Shown in pieces: positions 1 to 8,992 of a stretch of DNA of 51,694 nucleotides. Each line of letters starts with the position of its first letter. The first letter of the stretch is position 1. The position numbers were made by a program, and so were the translations under genes. The notes under the pieces are model-generated. The model saw only the letters and a list, made by a program, of their open reading frames with translations. It was not told the DNA's origin and did not search any database. Source of the DNA: a virus. Lineage: Duplodnaviria > Caudoviricetes. The stretch is taken from the IMG/VR virus record IMGVR_UViG_3300005286_000510, positions 1-51,694 of that record; one strand, written 5' to 3'.

Positions 1-648
1 TCAAATCGTGGGGACCGTCGGCTCCGCCTCATCCTCTTCGTCGTCGCGGGTCTCGCAGCGTGGGCCGCCCGGGATCAGATCCTGCACCTCCCGCAGTGTG
101 ATCGTCGCCTCTTTCATCCGCTGCAGTGCGTCCCAGATCGTGATCGGCGCCTTCTCTTCCCAAGCATCGACGCCGATGTCACATGACTGCTTCGTCGCCG
201 GCAGGCCGCCATGGGAGTGGCCGTAGAGCTGCAGGACGCCGTGGTGACTATTGTACCACGTCCGCCCACCGTAGTGATCGATGACGATCTGGACTTGCTT
301 GTCCTTGCTGCCGATCTGCAGAAGGAATCGGTGGCTGGCCGGAGCTGCCCACGGGAGCGCTGCGGTGGCCTGGTCATCATGGTTGCCCAAGATCAGGAAC
401 TTGCGCCCGTTGAGCCGACTGAAAATCCGCTCCAGCCGATCGGGCGGGCACTTGTGGGCAAAGTCGCCGGCGTGGAACACGAAATCATCCTTGCGCACCG
501 CCGCATTCCAGCGGTGGATCAAGAAATTGTCGTGCTCATCGATGTCGTCGAAGCCACGGCGTTTGGCTTGTTGCGAGTGCCCGAAATGGGTGTCGGCAGT
601 GAAGCGGAGACGGCCGCCATCGTTGAAGGTAAGCTTCGGGATCATCAT
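1..648 (-). CDS. Calcineurin-like metallophosphoesterase
   Basis: Motifs DTHFGH, GDF, GNHD, GHSH; ATGA overlap with the toxin stop at 645-648; GGAG RBS. Confidence 0.88.
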   Translation of the reverse strand: MMIPKLTFNDGGRLRFTADTHFGHSQQAKRRGFDDIDEHDNFLIHRWNAAVRKDDFVFHAGDFAHKCPPDRLERIFSRLNGRKFLILGNHDDQATAALPWAAPASHRFLLQIGSKDKQVQIVIDHYGGRTWYNSHHGVLQLYGHSHGGLPATKQSCDIGVDAWEEKAPITIWDALQRMKEATITLREVQDLIPGGPRCETRDDEEDEAEPTVPTI

Positions 649-1577
649 GCTGCGGCTCCCAGGCAAGGATTGTTAATGGTCTCCAGGACAGGCCCGATAC
701 GGTCGCGGATCGTCCGGCAGACCGTGGCGAGATCCGGCACCGGCACTGCCAGGCGAAGAGTAGTGCGCATCTGATCCCACGCCTCCGCGTTGGCGGCCGC
801 GAATTCCTCGCTGTACGCCTTGATGTCTTCCATCAGCGGGATTGGATTCTGGCTATACAGCGGCCAGGATTTGGCAAAAGCCGTCGCCAGCACGTCGTCG
901 CGGATCAGATCGCGGCTGCAGAAGACGAAAAGGTCGTAGTAGTCACGCATCCGGGTGTTTTCGTCCTGATGCTGGACGGCGGCATGGACCTTGTCGGCGA
1001 TCGCGTACTCGACCGGCTGCCGCCAGATCCGGACCGGCAGCAGTTGGCCAGGCAGCAGGCTCGGGTAATCGGCTTCTTCCAGCGTCTCGGAGTGCTCCGG
1101 AGCATAGAAGCCGACATCGGCCTTAAACTTGATGACGGCATTTCCGATTTGGGCGACCGCGGTCACGGCGCCGCCGGGAACGCCGCCGTCACGGGTGCCG
1201 AGAACGCGGACGGTCGACACGTCGAAGCGGACGCCGTCGTCGATGGCAGGGATGGTCGCCAGGACGTCACGCATGATCGCTGCGAGCTCTTCCATCGTGC
1301 CGGCGAAACCGTCGAGCTGGAGGTCGATATCCGTGGTGGCGCGGCCATGGATTGGATCGACGCCCTCGCTGAAGAACATGAGGGCCCCGCCCTTGAGGCT
1401 CGGGACGCCGAAACGGTGGGCGTGATCGGACGTAAAGATCCGGCGGACGGCGCCTTCGAGAGCAAACCGCTGCTGGAGGAGATCGACACGCATGCCGTGC
1501 TGCTGGGCGATGGATTTGAGGCGGGCGGCATTGCCGACGCCGGCCTTGGTGACGAAATCAGGATTGGTCCGGCTCAT
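645..1577 (-). CDS. abiEii: AbiEii-family nucleotidyltransferase toxin (type IV TA)
   Basis: LKGGALM and RATTDID NTase motifs, ADKVHA, RMRDYYD; start placed at MSRTNP by ATGA overlap and RBS. Confidence 0.88.
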   Translation of the reverse strand: MSRTNPDFVTKAGVGNAARLKSIAQQHGMRVDLLQQRFALEGAVRRIFTSDHAHRFGVPSLKGGALMFFSEGVDPIHGRATTDIDLQLDGFAGTMEELAAIMRDVLATIPAIDDGVRFDVSTVRVLGTRDGGVPGGAVTAVAQIGNAVIKFKADVGFYAPEHSETLEEADYPSLLPGQLLPVRIWRQPVEYAIADKVHAAVQHQDENTRMRDYYDLFVFCSRDLIRDDVLATAFAKSWPLYSQNPIPLMEDIKAYSEEFAAANAEAWDQMRTTLRLAVPVPDLATVCRTIRDRIGPVLETINNPCLGAAA

Positions 1578-2170
1578 GGTGCGTATCCCCCCTTGAGTGT
1601 CTCTTTGATCACTTCGATCTCGGGGCGCAGCACGTCCCAGGTCCCGAAGATCTTCGCGATGTCGGCGATCTCGCCGGTCGGCAGGCCCGTCGCGATGTAG
1701 CGAGTGAGGGCCGCAGCGGAGTGCTGTCTGATCCCCTTCGGCTCGATGCGATACAGGTCGACGACAGTCCGCGCGGGATTGGTGATCCTGATCGGCAGCC
1801 CGTGGAAGTCGGAGACATCGATGCCGACGGTCAGGGCCTGCTCGTTCCGGGTGCGGATGTATTGGATAGGCAATCCCGGGGACGGCCGCCGCGCCTCCGC
1901 GGGAACGATGACGTAGGCGTGCTGCGGGATGGCGTCGCACAAGTCGTGTTTCGCTGCCGCCGACAGATAGCCGATGACGCCGCCGTAAAGCCGGCAAGCG
2001 AGGGCATCGTCGAGGCGCGGGTCGACATAGATGTCGGCGGAGACCCACAGGCCGTGACCGACGCGGTAGATGATGCCGGCATCTTCGGCGGCGATGATGT
2101 CGCGCACCCGGTGGCCTGCATCCCGCAGCTGGCCCGTCGTCGCGACGGTGATGTCCTCAAGTCTGTTCAT
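1574..2170 (-). CDS. abiEi: AbiEi-family antitoxin / transcriptional regulator
   Basis: N-terminal wHTH-like segment (IYRVGHGLW), YLSAAAKHDL, ITNPARTVVD; directly upstream of the toxin; alternative start at 2209. Confidence 0.85.
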   Translation of the reverse strand: MNRLEDITVATTGQLRDAGHRVRDIIAAEDAGIIYRVGHGLWVSADIYVDPRLDDALACRLYGGVIGYLSAAAKHDLCDAIPQHAYVIVPAEARRPSPGLPIQYIRTRNEQALTVGIDVSDFHGLPIRITNPARTVVDLYRIEPKGIRQHSAAALTRYIATGLPTGEIADIAKIFGTWDVLRPEIEVIKETLKGGYAP

Positions 2171-2205
2171 TTCAGCCCACAAAAATCGCTTCTGTGGGTT
2201 GAAAT
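2169..2205. promoter_or_regulatory. Inverted repeat, putative AbiEi operator
   Basis: ATTTCAGCCCACAAAA-ATCGC-TTCTGTGGGTTGAAAT: 16-bp arms, 2 mismatches, abutting the abiEi start codon. Confidence 0.65.
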
Positions 2206-2230
2206 ACACCTGACCGTAGCAAGAGACGAT

Positions 2231-2548
2231 TCAGCGATCGCGAAAAAGAGCTTTCGTCCGCACTCTTTCGATCTCGAGCGCATGCAACACGCTGTCCGGC
2301 ACCGGGCGATGGCCGGCCCGGATGTCGTGCATGAACGACTTGCTGATACCCAGCGCCTCGGCCGCTTTGTTCGCCGTCCCCTTCGCCGCCACAAATTTCT
2401 CGAGGCGGTGATGGACGCCCATCTCGTCGAAGACCGGCTGCGCATTGCTGCCGCCCAGCCGGATGATGGCGTCCTCCACCTGCTGGCGGACGGCGGGGTC
2501 GGTGCCGGGCGCCCAGGAGATGGCGGCCAGGATCTCGGAGGGGGTCAT
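2231..2548 (-). CDS. Cro/Xre-like HTH protein
   Basis: KAAEALGISKSFMHDIRAGHRPVP HTH pattern; ATGA-coupled start. Confidence 0.7.
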   Translation of the reverse strand: MTPSEILAAISWAPGTDPAVRQQVEDAIIRLGGSNAQPVFDEMGVHHRLEKFVAAKGTANKAAEALGISKSFMHDIRAGHRPVPDSVLHALEIERVRTKALFRDR

Positions 2549-2841
2549 GGCGTCACTCCTGCCAGGCGCATGATCTCGTCGTGCCGGCTCTCCAGTGCGG
2601 ACAGGCGGTCCCCTACGCTTCCGGTTCCGGTGTCCGCAAGATGATTGATGAAGACCACATTGGCCTTGGGCGTGTTCCACCACGCCGGCAGTCCGCCCAA
2701 CTCGGCGATGTGCTTCCAGGTGGCTCCGTCGTTCGGCAGCACCACCACCGCGGGCTGATCGGGAAAGAATGACAACGGCTCTCCGTCCCGCATCATGGCC
2801 AGACCGGCACCGTCTCTGACGATGTAGATGTGCCCCTTCAT
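2545..2841 (-). CDS. Hypothetical protein
   Basis: Coupled ORF in the minus-strand operon. Confidence 0.65.
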   Translation of the reverse strand: MKGHIYIVRDGAGLAMMRDGEPLSFFPDQPAVVVLPNDGATWKHIAELGGLPAWWNTPKANVVFINHLADTGTGSVGDRLSALESRHDEIMRLAGVTP

Positions 2842-2966
2842 GCTGCACACCACCCCAACATATCGCACCACAGCCACATCGCTTCCGGATGCCCGAGATG
2901 AACCAGGCCGACCTGGCTCGCGCCGGCGAGCACAAGAACCGCGGCGATCAAGATTGCTTTTCTCAT
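2838..2966 (-). CDS. Small membrane or secreted protein
   Basis: MRKAILIAAVLVLAGA hydrophobic N-terminus; ATGA overlaps on both sides. Confidence 0.55.
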   Translation of the reverse strand: MRKAILIAAVLVLAGASQVGLVHLGHPEAMWLWCDMLGWCAA

Positions 2967-3373
2967 GCTGCGCTCACCTGAACCAATGTGATGATCCAAA
3001 AGATGACCCAGCCACCCACGCCAGCGGAGAACCACGTCCATGGCGATCTCCAGAAGGGCATCTTTGGTCCAAAAACCTCGGCGAAGGCTGCAGCAGTCTC
3101 CCGTTCGGCGGTGGCCTGTTTCTGCTTGTACCAAGTGCGCTCTATGTGATCCCAGAGCACCTTTTTCCGGTCGCGAAAGATCACCGCTCCGTTGTAGTAG
3201 ACATAGGGATCGTGATCAGAGCCGCCGATCTTGTACAGCCGCTTCTGAAGCCGAAAATAGTAGTGGTTGTATTGGCCATACACGCTGTCACGGTCGCGTT
3301 CCGTCACCACGATCTGGTCCATATTGGACATGATCAGTTCGCGGAACTTCTCTTCGATTTTATCGTCAGTCAC
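2963..3373 (-). CDS. Hypothetical protein with C-terminal TM helix
   Basis: GTGA overlap; hydrophobic C-terminus. Confidence 0.65.
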   Translation of the reverse strand: MTDDKIEEKFRELIMSNMDQIVVTERDRDSVYGQYNHYYFRLQKRLYKIGGSDHDPYVYYNGAVIFRDRKKVLWDHIERTWYKQKQATAERETAAAFAEVFGPKMPFWRSPWTWFSAGVGGWVIFWIITLVQVSAA

Positions 3374-3846
3374 GCTGCCCTCCGTCTGGGATGGATCCAC
3401 GACACCGCGCGGCCCTCACCCTCACAACACCCGCACACAGTCTGCGCAGGATTGCTAGCAAGGAACCAGCCAGTGCAGGCGGCACAACTCCGGCGGTGGT
3501 AGCCCGCCCTGGTGATCGCTTTCGTCACCGCTGCCGGGGTCACGCCGTAGTGGCGGGCGATGTCGACCAGCCGCCAGTCGTCGACTTCAAAGTGAGCCTT
3601 GATCTGCCGGATCGATGGCAGGATGCGGCTCTCTTCGTTCCGGAAACCGGAAGCCCGCCCGCCGACATTGCCGCGGCGAGCGAAGCCCAGGACATCAGTC
3701 GAGGCGACACCGAGCCGGCGTGCCCGTAGGCCAACGCAAGTCGACGTCACACCGAAGCGGGCCGCGATCTCGGCGTACGTCTGGCCGGCCTTGAGCCAGC
3801 TCCGGATGTCAGCGGCAGAAGCGGTGAAAACGGGCTTACCGGGCAT
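3370..3846 (-). CDS. Double-HTH protein with Cys-rich C-terminus
   Basis: TYAEIAARFGVT and LVDIARHYGVT; CAAC...CGCC. Confidence 0.65.
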   Translation of the reverse strand: MPGKPVFTASAADIRSWLKAGQTYAEIAARFGVTSTCVGLRARRLGVASTDVLGFARRGNVGGRASGFRNEESRILPSIRQIKAHFEVDDWRLVDIARHYGVTPAAVTKAITRAGYHRRSCAACTGWFLASNPAQTVCGCCEGEGRAVSWIHPRRRAA

Positions 3847-4140
3847 TTAGGCGTTCCCGCCTTCCGCCGTCGGCATCGGCAGTTCTTCGACGTCGGCGAT
3901 GTAGAGCGCGACAGCCGGCTGGCCACCCCACACACGCAGCGCAACCGGCATGCCCGCCGCGATGAGCTTGCGTTCCTTTTCGTCCGGCTGCCAGACGGAC
4001 GTGCAGAAGGCGGCATATTGGCCGTCGTCGGTCGGCGTGATCTCGACCGGCAGCGAAATGCACTCGCCCTGGGTGTCCCGGTTCCAATCCTTGGGCGCGC
4101 CCAGGTAGTGGGTGGTGCCTTTGAAATTGATGGGTCTCAT
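3847..4140 (-). CDS. Hypothetical phage protein
   Basis: MRPINF..LGAPKDW..C..LPV; coupled ORF. Confidence 0.7.
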   Translation of the reverse strand: MRPINFKGTTHYLGAPKDWNRDTQGECISLPVEITPTDDGQYAAFCTSVWQPDEKERKLIAAGMPVALRVWGGQPAVALYIADVEELPMPTAEGGNA

Positions 4141-4493
4141 TAGAAAAATCCTCTCTCTGCGGCGCGGGTAAAATCTGTCCACTTCGGGAAAAACTTGAGG
4201 AGTTCTGGAAGGGACGGATGCAGCCCAGGGATGTGCCAGTGGTGTGAACGGCCGCCGTCCGTGGTGACCCAGCGACCCGGCCCGTGCACTTCGCCATGGA
4301 TGGCCATGGCAAGGTTCATCTTCGCGACAGCTTCGCCGATCTGATAACCCGTCCGTTGCGATCCATGCCCGGTAATGGCAGCAGCTTGGCTTGCCCAGAC
4401 ATGGGCGTGGAGACCTACTTCCAGAGGGTCGGCGTCTGGATAGGCGCTCTGGATTTTGTCGCGGAGCTGCTCTTTCAGTGGGGTCTCGGTCAT
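4140..4493 (-). CDS. Hypothetical protein
   Basis: Coupled ORF with RBS. Confidence 0.6.
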   Translation of the reverse strand: MTETPLKEQLRDKIQSAYPDADPLEVGLHAHVWASQAAAITGHGSQRTGYQIGEAVAKMNLAMAIHGEVHGPGRWVTTDGGRSHHWHIPGLHPSLPELLKFFPKWTDFTRAAERGFF

Positions 4494-4873
4494 TTGCGAT
4501 ACTCCTGCAGCTGGGCGTCGATTTCAGCGTCGGTCTGGCTGAGATCGATCTTGAGAGGTTTCTTCACGCCGTAGCGGTAAACCAGTGCCGTCCCTTCGGT
4601 CGCGAAGTTGGCGTAAAACCGGATCTGGGCCGCAGTCTTGATCGATGGCGGATTGCTCCGAGCAGGGAACTTCACCAACATCGGATCCGCAGCAACTTCC
4701 AGGAATGCCTTCAGGTAAGGCTGAGGATCGCCCGGCTTGGGCAGGCTCTTCTCCACCCACTCGGCAATGCTCAGCTGAGGCCCCAAGGGTTGGGGGATTT
4801 TCACTTCATGCCGCGGACATTCGCTACCCTGCTTTCCGACTGAATAGTCGGTGGTCATCACTTTGGTTTTCAC
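4490..4873 (-). CDS. Hypothetical protein
   Basis: GTGA-coupled ORF. Confidence 0.6.
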   Translation of the reverse strand: MKTKVMTTDYSVGKQGSECPRHEVKIPQPLGPQLSIAEWVEKSLPKPGDPQPYLKAFLEVAADPMLVKFPARSNPPSIKTAAQIRFYANFATEGTALVYRYGVKKPLKIDLSQTDAEIDAQLQEYRK

Positions 4874-5391
4874 TTGTTCCCCCACTTCATCTTCTTTGCC
4901 GCCCGGCGGGCACGCTTGGCTTCCGCGGCTTCGATGTTCCGGACCTCGGACGCGATGGCCGCGTCCAGCAGCTCCGGCGGAACCTCGGGGTGCTCCGCGA
5001 GGAACTGCCGGCGGATCTCGGCCAGTATCTCGTCGCGGGTGGGCGGCTTGGGCACCATCATCGCCTGCAGGGCCGCAAGCTTCGCCGGCACGGCATCCAT
5101 GTCCGCCTTGTACTCCGCTGCCTTGCGGGTCGCCTCGGCGTGCTCGTCGGTGCCCGGGGTGGCCATCCGGTTGACGGCTTCCCAGGTCTCGTCATTGGCG
5201 ACGAAAAGGTCGATACCGTTCACCGATGCCAGCGACGTGACGTTTCCCGCCCAGAGATCAGGATACTGGACCGTGTTGTCCTTCTCGGCCTTGTCGGTGA
5301 ATGCATACAGCTCCGCGTCTGACCGGAAGTAGATGCCCGGGCGGACGGTGTCGGTGCCGGCGCCGGCGGGGATGTGGATGGCGGTGGTCAT
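4870..5391 (-). CDS. Hypothetical protein
   Basis: ATGA-coupled; GGAG RBS; strong GC3 bias. Confidence 0.7.
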   Translation of the reverse strand: MTTAIHIPAGAGTDTVRPGIYFRSDAELYAFTDKAEKDNTVQYPDLWAGNVTSLASVNGIDLFVANDETWEAVNRMATPGTDEHAEATRKAAEYKADMDAVPAKLAALQAMMVPKPPTRDEILAEIRRQFLAEHPEVPPELLDAAIASEVRNIEAAEAKRARRAAKKMKWGNK

Positions 5392-5969
5392 GCTTCGTCT
5401 CCTTCCATGGGCTCGACGGGTTCCAGCCAGGCGTCGTAGTCGTCCTTGACGCCGAGATAGTGCATCACCTGATTTTCGGCTTCCTCGCTCAGATGGAGGC
5501 CCTGGCGGATCGCGATCTTTGCGTCGATGTCGTCATCGAGGGCGTCGAATTCTTTGCGGATCCGATCCATCTTTTCGCTTCGCATTCGGGACACCACGGT
5601 CTCGTAGGGCTCGGAATTGAAGCGCTTGTTGATCTCGGCGAGCTGGGCGGTGGCCGCCTTGGTCCACGAGATATCCGCGGCTTCGTCACCGGCGACGAAC
5701 TCAGGAACTTTCGAGTACCGGAACTCCGCCCGGGCGATCGTGTAGGTGTCGCCGGTGAACGGCACGGTCGGGCCGTTATCCCAGAGCCAGGAGACAAAGC
5801 CCTGGGACTGGCAGGCGACGATTTTGCCGTCGATTTTGGCGATGTCGGCCGTCTGCTCGAGATACCGGCGATAGGCCTTGTGCCGGCGGTGCTGGCGGTG
5901 GTTGCGGGTGATGTTGCCGTCGGCGTCGCGGTAGTAGCTGACACGCGGCAGGGGGCGCTTCTTGCTCAC
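5388..5969 (-). CDS. Hypothetical protein
   Basis: GTG start overlapping the upstream stop; RBS. Confidence 0.7.
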   Translation of the reverse strand: MSKKRPLPRVSYYRDADGNITRNHRQHRRHKAYRRYLEQTADIAKIDGKIVACQSQGFVSWLWDNGPTVPFTGDTYTIARAEFRYSKVPEFVAGDEAADISWTKAATAQLAEINKRFNSEPYETVVSRMRSEKMDRIRKEFDALDDDIDAKIAIRQGLHLSEEAENQVMHYLGVKDDYDAWLEPVEPMEGDEA

Positions 5970-6706
5970 TGGTCGTCTCCTTCCATGGGTGCCTCGGGAT
6001 CCAATCTGGCATCGAAGGCATCTTTGGTAGCAAAGCCGGGACCGGTCGCGATCTCCGACAAGTCGACCTTGAGGTCCATGTCGTTGTTGAGGAAATGCCG
6101 AGCCAGTGCCCTGTTCTGCGCAGCGACGTGCTCCGCCTGCAGGGCCAAGGCCCGGCACATGATGTCGGCATGACTGGCGTGGGGGATCTCGGATGTCGGG
6201 CAGCACTCAAAGCCGAGGGCCTGGGCGACATCGGCGTATTGCCGCTTAAGGCCGTCATAGGCGAGCTCGAGGGATTTGAGGTCGTCGCGGTCGGAGGCGT
6301 GGAGCTCGGCGTAACGCTTGTGTTCCTCCAGCTTCCGGAGATGCTGCTCGATCTGCCCCTCGACGAGCCAGAGCGCGAATTCGGTCGTGCCGATCAGCAT
6401 GAAGGTCGGGAACTGACAGGACGGGTTGACCGAGACGATCTTGTAGCGCTTGAGGTCTTCGGGATCGTGCTTGCTGACCAGGTCGAGGTAGGCGGCTTGG
6501 GGGCTGTCGCCGCGGCCGTGGACGACCCGGTTGTTCTCCCAGAATTCCTCGCACGTGCTGTCGCCGGCATCGATGTCGTCCGGGCGAAAGCCCAGCCACG
6601 CGGTGTAGCCGGCACCGGAATAGGCGCCGCTGTACCGGTCCTCGTCGACTTCGATCAGATAGTTCTGGATGTCGGCATTGGGTTCGTATGTGAGCATGTC
6701 CATCAC
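5966..6706 (-). CDS. Hypothetical protein with central coiled coil
   Basis: Coupled ORF; codon bias. Confidence 0.7.
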   Translation of the reverse strand: MMDMLTYEPNADIQNYLIEVDEDRYSGAYSGAGYTAWLGFRPDDIDAGDSTCEEFWENNRVVHGRGDSPQAAYLDLVSKHDPEDLKRYKIVSVNPSCQFPTFMLIGTTEFALWLVEGQIEQHLRKLEEHKRYAELHASDRDDLKSLELAYDGLKRQYADVAQALGFECCPTSEIPHASHADIMCRALALQAEHVAAQNRALARHFLNNDMDLKVDLSEIATGPGFATKDAFDARLDPEAPMEGDDQ

Positions 6707-7929
6707 AGCGCTCCCTTTTCCCGCTGCTCGCCGTCGAAGTCAGAGGCATCGAGCAGCTCTTCGTACGTCGCGTTTTCGCGGAAATCCTCCGCTGCTAAAG
6801 CGAGATCCATCCAAGGCTCGTCGGCGGATGCCTCCTGCTGGAGCAGCTTTGCCTCTGCGTTTGCGATAGCGGCACCGAAGGTTTTCCGGGCTGCCGCAGC
6901 GAGCTCGTCCTTCTGCTCCTGCGGCATGGCGGAAACCTCGCGGTCTACCAGCTCCCAGAGATCATCTGCTCCGGGCAGCTCACCGCGCAGGCGCTGATGC
7001 ACACTGCGGAGACGGCGGACGTCATCTGAACAGTAGGTGCACACCTCATCGATCCGGCCGGCCTGGATCGCGTCCCAGACCTTCGAGCCGTCGATGTCGC
7101 CCTTGCCCGGGATACCGAGCGCCCGGCAGAGACGATCCAAGCCGACAGTGCCTTTCGCGCCCGCCCACATCAGCATCGTGTCGTGGATGCGCTTCTGATC
7201 CCAGGGCTGGGCATCGATCGGCCACCAAGACGGCAGCTTGACGCCCAGAACGATTGCTCGCTGCCAAATGAAACGCAGGTCAAATTGGGCGTGATGGGCG
7301 ACGAAGATAGGGGTCAGCTTGGGGGTGTGGTCGGCGATCCAGTTGTCCTTGGACATCACGATCTGGGAGTAGCTTCCGTCGGGAGTGCTATCGATGATCC
7401 AGCTGTAATCATCGTCGTTCCGTGGACGCGGGTTGCGGCTGTTCCAGTCGGCCTCAGCGCGGGCGCGGGCCATGGCGCGAAGGCGGCCTTCCACGGCCTG
7501 GACGAAGAGCTGGATCAAGCGACGCTCACCATTCACGCCGGAGATGACGTCCTCGAAAGTCGGCGTTTTGCCGCTCTTGAAGGCGTCGAAAGCCAAGTTC
7601 TTGAATCCGACGATTTTCTCGTCGCCGAAAGCGAAGGAAATGGACGCCAGATGGCCGGCGCCGCCATCGAAGCTGGTCTTGCGCCAGTCGGCTTCGGCGG
7701 CCGCGGCTGCCTTGTCCATGGCCGTGCGGTAATCGTCGATAGCCTTGGCCTTCTTCTTCTCGATGTCCTCGGCGATCTTCTCGGCATCCTTCAGCCGTCC
7801 GTCAGCGACAATGGCGTCGAGATCCGGATAGACCACGGCGGCCACGTGCTTGGCGAAGATCTCGTCCTTCAGCACCGGATCCTGGGTCGGAGCGGTCTCG
7901 GCATCACAGAAAATGAGGATCTCAGACAT
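6703..7929 (-). CDS. DnaQ/PolB-like DEDDy 3'-5' exonuclease
   Basis: ExoI FCDAET, ExoII HHAQFD, HDTM, ExoIII YCSDD. Confidence 0.85.
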   Translation of the reverse strand: MSEILIFCDAETAPTQDPVLKDEIFAKHVAAVVYPDLDAIVADGRLKDAEKIAEDIEKKKAKAIDDYRTAMDKAAAAAEADWRKTSFDGGAGHLASISFAFGDEKIVGFKNLAFDAFKSGKTPTFEDVISGVNGERRLIQLFVQAVEGRLRAMARARAEADWNSRNPRPRNDDDYSWIIDSTPDGSYSQIVMSKDNWIADHTPKLTPIFVAHHAQFDLRFIWQRAIVLGVKLPSWWPIDAQPWDQKRIHDTMLMWAGAKGTVGLDRLCRALGIPGKGDIDGSKVWDAIQAGRIDEVCTYCSDDVRRLRSVHQRLRGELPGADDLWELVDREVSAMPQEQKDELAAAARKTFGAAIANAEAKLLQQEASADEPWMDLALAAEDFRENATYEELLDASDFDGEQREKGAL

Positions 7930-8203
7930 TGGCGGTCTCCCGGTTGGCGAAGGCCAGGTAGGCAGCCACGGCCGCATCGGCGCGGTCATTGGCGACTTTG
8001 ATGGCCTTGGCGACGGCCACGGAGATCTCCGCGCCCGGGCCGTCAGCGATGTCGATCATGGCCTCGGCCGTGATGTCTGCGCCCTCGTCGCTGAGGTTGT
8101 CGCTCAGCACGTCGACGTGGACGGAGATCGTGGCAGTGACGATGCTTTCGTCGACGTCGATCCGGGGCGGCATGCGGGTGATGGTGGTGAGCTTGGACAT
8201 CAC
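7922..8203 (-). CDS. Hypothetical protein
   Basis: Coupled ORF. Confidence 0.6.
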   Translation of the reverse strand: MMSKLTTITRMPPRIDVDESIVTATISVHVDVLSDNLSDEGADITAEAMIDIADGPGAEISVAVAKAIKVANDRADAAVAAYLAFANRETANV

Positions 8204-8751
8204 GCAGCCCTCCCCAGAGCATCTTCTAAGGCGATCAGGTTGATCGCCCGAGTGTAGAGTTCGATGAATTCAGGGTCGGTAGAGTAGCGACCGTTCTCGA
8301 AAACCTGATGTGGGCTTCGGCCAAACTCAGTCATCCAGCACGCCAGCTCGCAGTGGCGGGTGTCGGCCATCTGGCCCTCGAAGACCTCGACGATGTTGCG
8401 GTGGCGCTCGCCGGCACGGATCGGGACGCCGCAGGTGTAGTCGGTGTACTCCTTGCGGCCGCGAACCATTTTATCCCGCAACGGGATGACTTCGCCTTCC
8501 GTGGGGCCGAAGACGTCATAAGACATCAGCTGCTCATCAGAGAGAGAGCGAGCCTTGCGGATGGCCCAAGCCAGCTCCTGAAGGGTGGCTGTGCCGTCCT
8601 CGATACGCTCGGCAACATCGTCCTGATCCACGCTGACCGTGATGCCGTTGAAGTTGATGGTGTCGCCGCAAACCAGGTGATCGGTTTCGACGTACATGAG
8701 CAGGGTGCCAGCCAGCTCTGTGAAAGTGGAATAGGAGATTGAGACGTGCAT
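8200..8751 (-). CDS. Hypothetical protein
   Basis: TGATG coupling at 8749-8753; start MHVSISY. Confidence 0.65.
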   Translation of the reverse strand: MHVSISYSTFTELAGTLLMYVETDHLVCGDTINFNGITVSVDQDDVAERIEDGTATLQELAWAIRKARSLSDEQLMSYDVFGPTEGEVIPLRDKMVRGRKEYTDYTCGVPIRAGERHRNIVEVFEGQMADTRHCELACWMTEFGRSPHQVFENGRYSTDPEFIELYTRAINLIALEDALGRAA

Positions 8752-8978
8752 CAGCGTTTGCTCCCCTTCTTCGAGTTGAAGACTTCGTCGGCGGCGACCA
8801 CCGCGAAGACGAGGGTCATGATGCCCAGGCCCAGGGCGGCCGGGATCCAGAGCGGCGAGAGCACCCACACCCAGGACCAGTCGACGAAGCCCGTCAGCTT
8901 GAGGCCGATGAAGAGGATGGTCAGCAGGCCGAGAAAGCCGATGCCGCCGCGCTGGGTGTTGCTGTTTTCCTGAGACAT
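8751..8978 (-). CDS. Small phage membrane protein
   Basis: GGIGFLGLLTILFIGLKLTG..WSWVWVLSPLWI, a recurrent phage two-TM pattern. Confidence 0.75.
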   Translation of the reverse strand: MSQENSNTQRGGIGFLGLLTILFIGLKLTGFVDWSWVWVLSPLWIPAALGLGIMTLVFAVVAADEVFNSKKGSKR

Positions 8979-8992
8979 GATGCCGCCCTCCC

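Noticed and set aside
1578-2048. N-terminal extension of the AbiEii ORF in the track, and similar extensions at 2231, 5388, 8200, 39741 and 45711
   Set aside because: They overlap upstream genes; coupled starts with RBS lie downstream
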